This document shows, one piece after another, positions 48,464-57,303 of a stretch of 64,000 nt of DNA; position 1 is the stretch's first letter; every line of letters starts with the position of its first letter. The DNA comes from Promethearchaeota archaeon (lineage in GTDB: Archaea > Asgardarchaeota > Lokiarchaeia > Sigyniarchaeales > SOKP01), in the NCBI GenBank assembly GCA_019058365.1, contig JAHPZE010000005.1, positions 128,001 to 192,000 of the forward strand. Reading direction: 5' to 3'. Below the pieces are notes generated by a model. The model was not told the DNA's origin, did not search any database, and worked only from the letters and a program-made list of their open reading frames with translations. The translations under genes were made by a program, and so were the position numbers.

Positions 48464-49138
48464 TTAAAAATTGATTATTCCCGCAATACCCAGTGGTAAA
48501 AAGATGGCTAAAAGCACAATTCCTATAGCATAGATTATCCCGACTATTTTCACTTTAGACTTTCTATCTGGTAAATCATACACATAAAAAGCTCCTACAA
48601 AAAAATACAAGTATCCTATTAGAAATATAAGAATTGGATTATACCAATTCCACCACCAATACTCCCATATTAAATAATTTCCTAAATTCAAGAAAATTTC
48701 CACAATTACACAGAATAGTGCAAAACCGATTGCCATCGCCCATCGATTAGGGAGACCAAGTATTTTTTTATTTTTATCATCAGGTAAAAACTTTGCGAAG
48801 ATTATACCTGCGATAGAAAACATAAATGCAATTTCAATATTCCACCCAATTAAAATAATATATGCACTTGCTCCAGGCGTAGTCCAAAAAGCGGAGTAAT
48901 TGGTAAAGACAAATACCAGTCCATTCCATATTTCATTAATTAAATCTAGACCTAATACAGTTAATCCTGCAAAAATTGTACTCCAATTTCCTGTTTCTCT
49001 AGCATTTTTAATTTCTACGCCATAAATATATAGTACTATAGCAAGTAATGGAATAACATACCATCCTAATTCAGAATTTAATATTCGAAGATTAGTAAGA
49101 GCGTCTAATGAAGCTTGTGTTGGAGGCATAAAATTCAC
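48464..49138 (-). CDS. Integral membrane protein of unknown function
   Basis: About 6 TM helices, with conserved-looking NEIWN and GWNIEI motifs. Confidence 0.7.
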   Translation of the reverse strand: MNFMPPTQASLDALTNLRILNSELGWYVIPLLAIVLYIYGVEIKNARETGNWSTIFAGLTVLGLDLINEIWNGLVFVFTNYSAFWTTPGASAYIILIGWNIEIAFMFSIAGIIFAKFLPDDKNKKILGLPNRWAMAIGFALFCVIVEIFLNLGNYLIWEYWWWNWYNPILIFLIGYLYFFVGAFYVYDLPDRKSKVKIVGIIYAIGIVLLAIFLPLGIAGIINF

Positions 49139-49302
49139 TCTCGATTTATTATTTATATTTTTTTATGATTAATTAAGAGAAATTTAAACCGGAATATATA
49201 AATAATTTTACTAATTGGATGTACACTAAAGTGAGAAGACTCGATTTTTATCATATTAATGATTCTTAGGAATCTTACAGAATCTTAAGATACGAGTAAA
49301 AA

Positions 49303-50082
49303 TTATTCGGCAATTTTATTAGCGATAATAGCTGCGGAAGACCCCGCACCAAATCCATTATCAATATTTACAACTAGTAATCCCGGAGAACATGACTGAA
49401 GCATAGTAATTAATGCACCCTTCCCTTTTTCACCAATCCCATATCCACTTGAGATAGGAACCCCAATGACTGGAACATCTACAAGAGCTGCAACAACACC
49501 AGGTAATGTTCCCTCCATTCCAGCACATACTATTATTACATGAACTCCTCTCTTTATCATGTCACTTAACGGAGCAAAAATTCGATGAATCCCAGCAATT
49601 CCTACATCAAAGCTTGTTTCAACCTTACATCCCATTGCTTCGGCAATAACTTTCGCCTCAATAGCTACAGGTATATCTGAACTACCTGCAGTAATAATTC
49701 CTACCATTCCTCCTTTTTTTTTAAAACTAAATGAGACTTCTTTAATAACTAGGATTTTCCCTAACTCATATATATCGATTAAAAATTGTTTATCAGTGCT
49801 ATATTTTTCAAGGATTAATTTTTTTTGTGCTTCATGATAGCGTGATATAATTGCGAATTTTTTACGGTCTAAAAGTTTAGAGATAATGTCAATTAGAATT
49901 TGAGGATCTTTATTTTGGGCAAAAATAACTTCGGGTATTCCCGTTCTTGTTTTACGAAAAATATCTAATTTTGCTATATCTCCAACTTCTTCAACTAAAT
50001 TCGCTTTCAATAATTTTTCCGCGTCATCTAATGAAATTTTCTTTTCAAGTAATTTTTGTAGAATATCTTTTATCTCAATCAT
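49303..50082 (-). CDS. larB: Nickel pincer cofactor biosynthesis protein LarB
   Basis: RTGIPEVIFA..K, AGSSDIPVA.EA, DVGIAGIHR, AGMEGTLP, VPISSGYG and VVNIDNGFGA motifs. Confidence 0.95.
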   Translation of the reverse strand: MIEIKDILQKLLEKKISLDDAEKLLKANLVEEVGDIAKLDIFRKTRTGIPEVIFAQNKDPQILIDIISKLLDRKKFAIISRYHEAQKKLILEKYSTDKQFLIDIYELGKILVIKEVSFSFKKKGGMVGIITAGSSDIPVAIEAKVIAEAMGCKVETSFDVGIAGIHRIFAPLSDMIKRGVHVIIVCAGMEGTLPGVVAALVDVPVIGVPISSGYGIGEKGKGALITMLQSCSPGLLVVNIDNGFGAGSSAAIIANKIAE

Positions 50083-50227
50083 TTAGTTTTTCCTTTAGTT
50101 AATAATGATTATATTAAAATCAATAAAACTCCATGAATTTTGTATTTTACTAATTTATGAAAAAACATAATAACTACTTAAAATAATTATAAATTACAAT
50201 TATATTAATTTTAATTCCTAATCTAAA

Positions 50228-51463
50228 GTGAAGAAATTTATGAAAATTGACTATACATCTTTCAAAGATGTTAAATTAAAAGGTAAAAAAATCTTAATGC
50301 GAGTAGATATCAACTCTAATATTGATTTAGAGAAAATGGAAATTAGAGACTCTCCTCGAATCCGAGCACTTGTACCAGCTTTGAATGAATACTTCAAAAA
50401 GAGTGCAGTAATTATTTTAGCTCACCAATCTCGACCTGGAGATAAAGATTTTACTGATTTAGATATACATGCGAAAGAGATACAAAAGCAGCTTGGCCGT
50501 CCAGTAAAATTTGTAAAAGATATTTTTGGTCAAAAAGCTGTTCAAGCAATTAAAGATCTTAAACCAGGAGAAGTACTAGTTCTTGATAATGTTCGAAAAT
50601 TTGAAGGAGAAATGAAAGAATATAAAGATTTTTCCGAAGCAGAAAAAACTGAAATGATACAAACTCTTTATCCTCTAGTTGATTATGTTATTGTTGACGC
50701 TTTTGGTGCTGCTCATCGAGCGCACGCATCTATAGTAGGGTGGCCAAAGATGATGGCAGGACCAATAACTGATGAAGAGTTATATGCTTTAAAAAAAATA
50801 ATGCAAGAACCTGAAAAGCCTATGGCAATGTTAATAGGTGGAGCAAAAGCAATAGATAAATTTAAAGCAATGAAATATAATTTTGATAATGAAAAATTGG
50901 ATTACGCCTTATGTTCAGGATTGACTGCGATTTTAATTTTTGAAGCTTTAGGAAAAAATATGGGAGAACCAAACCATAAAATAATCGCTGAAGATTTAGA
51001 AGCAAATAAAGATATGATAATAGATACATATGAAAAATATAAAGAAAAAATTATTCTTCCAGTAGATTTAATTATCGATGATAATGGTAATAGAAAAACT
51101 ATCGGAATAGACGAAGCGGGTACTTATAATACAACAACAGGTGATATTGGCCAAAAAACAGTTGACAAATTTAATGAAATCCTCATGAAGTGCAAAACCA
51201 TTATCGCAAATGGTCCACCAGGAATTTTTGAGAAAGAAGTATTTAGAAAATCCACAAATGAAATTATAGATACTATGGTTACTGCTACTAAGAAAAATAA
51301 GGCTCTTACAATAATAGGGGGCGGTGAAATGGGTGCTGCAGCTTCAATGGCCGGTAAAGCAGATGGTGTTTCATTTATTTCGACAGCAGGAGGAGCAATG
51401 CTCGAAATTCTTTCTGGAAACGATTTACCAATGATTAGAGCTTTACGAGAGAAAAAATTATAA
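50228..51463 (+). CDS. pgk: Phosphoglycerate kinase (archaeal type)
   Basis: RVDINS, AHQSRPG, DAFGAAHRAHAS, GGAK, NGPPGIFE and STAGGA motifs. Confidence 0.95.
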   Translation: MKKFMKIDYTSFKDVKLKGKKILMRVDINSNIDLEKMEIRDSPRIRALVPALNEYFKKSAVIILAHQSRPGDKDFTDLDIHAKEIQKQLGRPVKFVKDIFGQKAVQAIKDLKPGEVLVLDNVRKFEGEMKEYKDFSEAEKTEMIQTLYPLVDYVIVDAFGAAHRAHASIVGWPKMMAGPITDEELYALKKIMQEPEKPMAMLIGGAKAIDKFKAMKYNFDNEKLDYALCSGLTAILIFEALGKNMGEPNHKIIAEDLEANKDMIIDTYEKYKEKIILPVDLIIDDNGNRKTIGIDEAGTYNTTTGDIGQKTVDKFNEILMKCKTIIANGPPGIFEKEVFRKSTNEIIDTMVTATKKNKALTIIGGGEMGAAASMAGKADGVSFISTAGGAMLEILSGNDLPMIRALREKKL

Positions 51464-51600
51464 TAATTGAATCTTTCTATTTTTTTATTTTTTTTTTATC
51501 ACGAATTTATACTAGAACTCAATAATTTTAATAAAATATTTATTTTTTAATATTATAAATTACTTACGAGTAATTGTATTATTCATTAAATTATACAAAA

Positions 51601-51677
51601 GGGCCCGTGGTCTAGCTCGGTATGACGTCCGCTTGACGTGCGGAAGGTCGTGCGTTCAAATCGCGCCGGGCCCACCA
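51601..51677 (+). tRNA. tRNA-Val(GAC), CCA encoded
   Basis: Acceptor stem gggcccg/cgggccc, anticodon arm tccgc-ttGACgt-gcgga, T loop ttcaaat, 3' acca. Confidence 0.95.
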
Positions 51678-51701
51678 TTTAATAATTAGGGTAACAGAAA
51701 G

Positions 51702-52181
51702 ATGCCAATAAGAATTCGATGGACTTCAAAGGAGTATTTTGGTTTCCTCCTGCTTTTATTAGGAATGAGTGGAATGTTCCAATTATTTTTTATATTTATA
51801 GGTCAATATTTCTTAGCGATGGGAAATCATATCGTAGTAATTTTAATTCCAATTGGAATTTGGGTGGCAATATTCTATGCGACTCTTATTATATTTGAAA
51901 GTTATGCTCAAGTTGAGAGAAGAGAAAAATTGAGGTCTCAATTTCTTAAATCAAAAATCAAGAGTTCTACTCTAAATAGATTTTTAAGTGCTCCAATAAC
52001 TAAACCGTTATTAATAATTCTCATCTTTTTTAGCATTTTTTTCTTTAGTATTTTCTCTATCTCTATATTATTCTTAGATAATACTATAGCATTTTTAACC
52101 GCGGAAATTCTAAGTGCGATATTTTGTCTACTTATTGCAAATTTAATAGAAAAAAATTACGGTCGAGTTAAAAGATATTAA
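51702..52181 (+). CDS. Four-TM membrane protein of unknown function
   Basis: Four hydrophobic segments; starts 24 bp after the tRNA. Confidence 0.7.
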   Translation: MPIRIRWTSKEYFGFLLLLLGMSGMFQLFFIFIGQYFLAMGNHIVVILIPIGIWVAIFYATLIIFESYAQVERREKLRSQFLKSKIKSSTLNRFLSAPITKPLLIILIFFSIFFFSIFSISILFLDNTIAFLTAEILSAIFCLLIANLIEKNYGRVKRY

Positions 52182-52319
52182 ACCTATGCTCTAATTTAAA
52201 CGACCTATTATTTTAGAGCAAATTTATTAAGTAATAAGACAATATTTGTTGTATAAAAATAAGATTGTAAAAGATCAATCTTTTAAATATAACTCTATTC
52301 AATTACTTTTTTTCAAAAT

Positions 52320-53168
52320 ATGGCGAGAATCGAAATACGCTGTCCAATTTGTGCGCAATGGGAATATATAGAGATTGCAGATGATGCTACCAAAAATGTT
52401 ACAAAAGGTCTTTTAGCGATTAACATTGCAGCGGGAATGATATGCGAACATTCGTTTATTGCATATGTAGATAAAAATTTAATTGTGAGAGATTGTTTAG
52501 TAGCAGACTTCAAAATCGAACTATCAGAAAGTGCCCCAACAGCAGATGATAAAGAAATTGTTATTCCAGAAACTGAAACTATTAAACTTGATTTAATTAA
52601 GTTAAATATTCCTGATATATTAATGGTGAATATTATCAAAACCATCTTTTTAGGAAAGAGAGTAGTAATACTTTCAGATCAGGAATTCCTCTATAATCAC
52701 CTTATAAATTTCTTTAAATCAATAATGGAAAATACATTTAAATTTGATTTAAAAATTATTTCTGAGTTAGAATATAAAAAAAAAAAGAAAGAATACAAGG
52801 AACATCTTGTCTTTAAGAATCGTGAAATAGTTAGAGATAAGGAAAAAATTATTAATCCGAAAAAGTTAGAATTCGAGAAAGCAATGGTACAAAAGTTCAC
52901 AAATGAATACGATTTAATGGCGGGGGTTATCATATTAAGAAACGAAATAAAAAAATGCTATGAGTTTTCTAAATCCATAGCTGAACTCATTCAAAATAAA
53001 GAAGGAAAAGCAATAACATCTAAATTAATTATCGACCATATCTTAAAAAAACACGGGGAACGAATACAAAAACCCTATATATCTTCTTTAATTGACATCA
53101 TTCATAACTATTTTAAAGTCGAAGTTCCTAAAATTAGTGGAGTGACAGATCTACTTGGATTTCTATAG
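52320..53168 (+). CDS. Zinc-ribbon protein with a possible cDENN-like core
   Basis: CPIC...CEHSF N-terminus. IIKTIFLGKRVVILSD resembles the cDENN core strand. Confidence 0.5.
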   Translation: MARIEIRCPICAQWEYIEIADDATKNVTKGLLAINIAAGMICEHSFIAYVDKNLIVRDCLVADFKIELSESAPTADDKEIVIPETETIKLDLIKLNIPDILMVNIIKTIFLGKRVVILSDQEFLYNHLINFFKSIMENTFKFDLKIISELEYKKKKKEYKEHLVFKNREIVRDKEKIINPKKLEFEKAMVQKFTNEYDLMAGVIILRNEIKKCYEFSKSIAELIQNKEGKAITSKLIIDHILKKHGERIQKPYISSLIDIIHNYFKVEVPKISGVTDLLGFL

Positions 53169-53302
53169 ATCTCAACGAAAGGGATTATAAGTTATATTTA
53201 TGAATTAAAAAAAGAAATAAAGGTAAATAGACGTAGATTATTTTCAATAATGAGAAATTTCTTACATCTAATTTAATAAGACTAATTGATATTTATACAA
53301 TA

Positions 53303-53650
53303 ATGATCCAAAAAGTTAAAATGCTTAAGAAGAAGCATTTAAAAGAACTAAAACAAGAATTAAGACGTGTCCTCTCAGAATTAATTAAATTGGGTGCCTT
53401 AAAAATTATACAATTTGGATCATCTGTTAAAGAGGAATTAAGTTTAACTAGTGATATTGATTTAATTGTAATTATTGAAACAAAACAAAATTATATCGAA
53501 CGATCAGCAGAAATTTATAAAAAAGTAAAACCTAAGGAGATTGATTTGCTAGTCTATACCCCAATTGAGTTTAAACGCATGGCAGGGGAAAATTTATTTA
53601 TTCAACATATTTTAAAAGAAGGAAAGGTGATTTATGAGCAAAATAAATAA
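53303..53650 (+). CDS. Minimal nucleotidyltransferase (MNT antitoxin-like)
   Basis: FGSS......SDIDL, IDLLVYTP.EF and EGKVIYE motifs. Overlaps the HEPN start. Confidence 0.85.
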   Translation: MIQKVKMLKKKHLKELKQELRRVLSELIKLGALKIIQFGSSVKEELSLTSDIDLIVIIETKQNYIERSAEIYKKVKPKEIDLLVYTPIEFKRMAGENLFIQHILKEGKVIYEQNK

Positions 53651-54046
53651 ATATTCTAAGGAAGCAAATAGATGGTTTGAACAAGCATTAGAAGATTTGA
53701 AAAGTGCTAAAATTTTATTTGAAAATGAACGCTATTACCTTGTCTGTTTTATATCTCAACAAATTGTTGAAAAAGCTTTAAAATCTGTGATTTATTTTAA
53801 TAAAGAAGATCTTGTTCTAGGACATTCAGTTAAGAAATTAGCAGACTGGGCTGGCACTTTCGATAAAAGTTTATAAATTTAGGGGAGGATATATCTATCT
53901 TAGATAGTTATTATATTCCGACTAAATATCCTAATGGATTACCCGAGGGAATACCTGCTGAAGTATTTAATAGGAGAGCAGCTAATTATCCATTAGATTT
54001 AGCTGAAAGGACTATTAAAATAGTAAAATCTTATCTAAACTTATAA
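53634..54046 (+). pseudogene. HEPN-domain gene with a single-base frameshift near 53868
   Basis: Reads RWFEQALEDL..A...QQIVEKALK...GHS to a stop at 53876. The shifted frame continues [25 protein letters not shown]...[10 protein letters not shown] to 54046. Confidence 0.85.
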
Positions 54047-54071
54047 AAACACAGTCATTTTCGTGAAACAA
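54012..54071 (+). repeat. 60-bp direct repeat, copy 1
   Basis: ctattaaaatagtaaaatcttatctaaacttataaaaacacagtcattttcgtgaaacaa, 59/60 identical to 55396-55455. Confidence 0.92.
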
Positions 54072-54284
54072 GAATTATAGTTTAAAAGAAGTATAAAATT
54101 GATACTCTAATTAACCACTTTCTTTAACTGAATTTGTAAATTCACAAAATAGAGCCAAAATTTAATTTTATAAAAGGTAATATTATTAAAAAGATTTTTT
54201 TAAAAATTTGAAAATTAGAGAACGGTATTTGTTTATTTAAATACAAATAAAATATACAAAGAATAAGGTATCACATTAAAACTA

Positions 54285-54506
54285 GTGATTTATTTGAAGT
54301 TACCGAAAGAACTACAAGAAAAATTAAATAGAAAAAAAATTATTCCACTGATTCCAAAAAAACATTATTATCCAGTCTGTAATATTGAAATACATTGGAC
54401 TCCTACAAATATTCCAAACATTTTCAAAGGAAATTGTCCTAAATGCAATATGGAATTTACTCATGTTAATGGAAATATTATCGGTGGCATAAAAGTTTCA
54501 CAGTGA
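54285..54506 (+). CDS. Small putative zinc-binding protein
   Basis: 73 aa with H..PVC and CPKC motifs; GTG start. Confidence 0.45.
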   Translation: MIYLKLPKELQEKLNRKKIIPLIPKKHYYPVCNIEIHWTPTNIPNIFKGNCPKCNMEFTHVNGNIIGGIKVSQ

Positions 54507-54638
54507 GAATTTTAAGGTATAAGAATAAGAAATTAATACCAGAAAAGTTTATATCTATTTCAATGTATAGAAATATATAAATAAGTATTGTTTTAGAAAG
54601 ATTTAAAGGTAAAAATTAAAAGAATGGGTTGAAAAAGT

Positions 54639-54938
54639 ATGGGAGAAAGCTTATACGGAAAATGTGGCATCGCTACAGTTTCTTCTGGGCTTATAATTTT
54701 TATTATTGCTTTTTTTGTTTCTTCGACATTTGGTTGGTTAATGCCTGAAATTGTTATTATGCTTTTGGTATTTGGGTTTATAATTGATATTGGAGGAATT
54801 GTCTTAGGAAAAATTGGTATTAAAAAAGATGATTTAAGAGAAAATGCAATAAGAGCATTAATTGCTGGAATTATTTTTTTGATTGTAGGAATTTTATTAA
54901 TTATTATTAATATAAATATTAGAGCAATGTTAGGGTAA
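54639..54938 (+). CDS. Small three-TM membrane protein
   Basis: Three hydrophobic helices, including GIVLGKIG. Confidence 0.65.
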   Translation: MGESLYGKCGIATVSSGLIIFIIAFFVSSTFGWLMPEIVIMLLVFGFIIDIGGIVLGKIGIKKDDLRENAIRALIAGIIFLIVGILLIIININIRAMLG

Positions 54939-55180
54939 TTAATGTTTTAAAATAAATTTTTAATAATATTACGATTTATAAGAAAGAATTTTTGTTCTAC
55001 TCAGTAAATTCAAATACTAAGCTAAGGAAAATATTACCAATTATAAAGAAAGGTAATATTATCAAATTAAATGGTAAATTTACTAACACTCAGAAATATT
55101 ATTTTAATTTAAAAATATAGTCTTTGAGAATTATTCTAAGTAATTTTAATTATTATGATTTGAATCAATCTATAATGCTA

Positions 55181-55399
55181 TTAATTTAAAAGCCTGCATT
55201 TTTTTAATTTTATTGACAATCCATTCTTTTCCATGTACTTTATCATGAGGGGGTTCTTTTCCGAATATATACCATATTTATATACAACATCGGTCATAGC
55301 TTGCACATTCTCATGCTTAGCTTTATTAGGAATGCCCAAAACACCACAATCTACAAGATATCCTTCACCATTCTTACAATCTTCAATACATTTTTCTAT
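55181..55399 (-). pseudogene. C-terminal fragment of a uroporphyrinogen decarboxylase/MtaA-CmuA family gene
   Basis: The minus strand reads IEKCIEDCKNGEGYLVDCGVLGIPNKAKHENVQAMTDVVYKYGIY. It has no start codon and begins at the edge of repeat copy 2. Confidence 0.65.
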
Positions 55400-55455
55400 T
55401 AAAATAGTAAAATCTTATCTAAACTTATAAAAAAACAGTCATTTTCGTGAAACAA
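55396..55455 (+). repeat. 60-bp direct repeat, copy 2
   Basis: 59/60 identical to 54012-54071. Confidence 0.92.
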
Positions 55456-55612
55456 ACCTTTTACGTTGTTTACTATATTTCTCTTTAATATGGAATGAAA
55501 GCAAAATTTTATGGTATATGGGGAGAATCGGAAAATTTTTGGGATTAACAAATATATTTATACAGAATTCCCTTAATATTCCTTATATTCAAATTAGAAT
55601 TCCTTTTAAAAA

Positions 55613-55867
55613 ATGAGATTTCATAAAGATTATCCAAAAATGCCATTCGTATATCATCAAGAAATTTTTGAATGCTTTTCTGAGCCCCATTCTTTAATTA
55701 ACACCTCTTTAGATAGAAATCAGTTTGATTGTGCGCATTGTGGTAAACCACTACACGGAAAAAGATTAAAACGTCATATAAATATATGCCAAAAAACAGC
55801 GATACATTTTTTTTGTTCTAAAGAGTGTAAAAATATGTGGTGTTTCGATACCCAAAAAGGGAGATAA
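55613..55867 (+). CDS. Small treble-clef (TRASH/MYM-like) zinc-finger protein
   Basis: CAHCGKPL...FFCSKECK motif. Confidence 0.6.
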   Translation: MRFHKDYPKMPFVYHQEIFECFSEPHSLINTSLDRNQFDCAHCGKPLHGKRLKRHINICQKTAIHFFCSKECKNMWCFDTQKGR

Positions 55868-55903
55868 ATTTAAAAATATTTTTTATCTTTTTATAAAAAA
55901 AAC

Positions 55904-56920
55904 TTATAGATGAAATTCAGTTCCAACTATTCCAAAAGTATGAGATGGATGTCTCGACATGATTTTATTAAATTCAAAACCAGTGCAGTGCATTCCACAC
56001 GTTATTTCTGGATTTAATCCTTCAATAAACCGAACTGATTCTTCAATATCTTCCGTTTTTTCCCATTCTTTATGAAATCCACCGATTATGGCATAAATTT
56101 TGTTAATCCCAGTTAATTTCTGCCCATGTTTTATAGTATTTACTATCCCTGTGTGTCCACATCCCGTAATTACTACAAGTCCTTTGTCCTTAACATTAAT
56201 ATAGATTGATATTTCGTCTCTAAATGTATTTTCTTCAAATTCTTTTCTACTTTTCATCAAATAGATCCCTTTTGTTAGTTCTCTGTCATCAAAAACTTCA
56301 ATTTCTCCACTTGTAGCGATCCCGGCTGATAATTTAATAGGATTTTGAGCCTCAATGATTTTAAGTTTATATTGCTTGACTAAATTTTCAATAATATTTC
56401 TATTCAAGGAGGGTAATTTAATACTAAAAAGAAATGCATTTTGTTTTTGTAATTCACTAAATTTCTCTGTTAATGTTTCTGGAGAGTAAAACTCTTGATT
56501 TGATTTAGGAACTAGAATTGTGTTTTGATTATAAGAATTTGGAGTTAAAATTATCTCGCATCCTTCTTTTAATTTAGGAAGGACATTTATCAATCCACCA
56601 AAATGATCCATGTGCCCATGACTTAAGATCAGTTTATCATAATCCTTGAAATCTATACTCATGCCTTCTGCGTTAGATATTATAGAATTTTTGGGTCCTC
56701 CCGTATCTAATAGATACTTTTTTGTCTCCTCTCCTTGTTTTATTTCAATACTCATAGCAAGCCCATGTTCTGCTAAATATTTACTTGCATTAGTATGAGG
56801 TTGTATAACTTTTCCTCCAAATTTTTCTTCAGTTAATAATGTTGAAAGAGTTGTATTTGTGGTCAAAATTCTAATCGTTAAATTACCACTTTCAATACCA
56901 TCTGATATATTTATACTCAT
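55904..56920 (-). CDS. MBL-fold metallo-hydrolase (MJ0301-like subgroup)
   Basis: AEHGL, LDTG, SHGHMDHFGG, TGCGHTGIVN, GGFH and HCTG motifs. Confidence 0.88.
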   Translation of the reverse strand: MSINISDGIESGNLTIRILTTNTTLSTLLTEEKFGGKVIQPHTNASKYLAEHGLAMSIEIKQGEETKKYLLDTGGPKNSIISNAEGMSIDFKDYDKLILSHGHMDHFGGLINVLPKLKEGCEIILTPNSYNQNTILVPKSNQEFYSPETLTEKFSELQKQNAFLFSIKLPSLNRNIIENLVKQYKLKIIEAQNPIKLSAGIATSGEIEVFDDRELTKGIYLMKSRKEFEENTFRDEISIYINVKDKGLVVITGCGHTGIVNTIKHGQKLTGINKIYAIIGGFHKEWEKTEDIEESVRFIEGLNPEITCGMHCTGFEFNKIMSRHPSHTFGIVGTEFHL

Positions 56921-57138
56921 TTTAGACTCCTAATTATTAGATTAATATTTTATAATATCATCTATTTTTTTTATATTTAATTCAATTCATCTCTTCTTTT
57001 ATTAAAAAGAAGCCTATTTTTTTGATTATTATTTTCCAGACTTCTTCTCTTTCTTCCTTGAAAGAAGTATTCAATTTGTCTTATAATATCTTAATTTCTT
57101 CATGGAGTTATATCCCTTTTTAAAACGAATAAGATAGA

Positions 57139-57240
57139 TGCGCCGCCCGGGAATTGAACCCGGGTCGCCAGGTAATTGCGAACAATGCCTTTTTCATGGT
57201 TCATGGCAACCTGGCATACTTACCACTATACTAGCAGCGC
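57139..57240 (-). tRNA. tRNA-Gly(GCC) with a 30-nt intron at position 37/38 (57174-57203)
   Basis: Acceptor stem gcgctgc/gcggcgc, anticodon arm ccagg-ttGCCa|intron|a-cctgg, T arm ccggg-ttcaatt-cccgg, and a complete bulge-helix-bulge motif. Confidence 0.93.
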
Positions 57241-57303
57241 ATAATTATTAATAATAAGAATATATTAAAAAATTAAAATTTAATGATTCTTTGAAAATCT
57301 GAG

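Noticed and set aside
55233-55430. 65-aa + strand ORF
   Set aside because: It is the antisense of a URO-D-like fragment joined to the duplicated HEPN 3' end, so not a real gene.
51601-57240. Provirus or integrative element between the two tRNAs
   Set aside because: No integrase, no viral genes and no duplicated tRNA 3' end was found.
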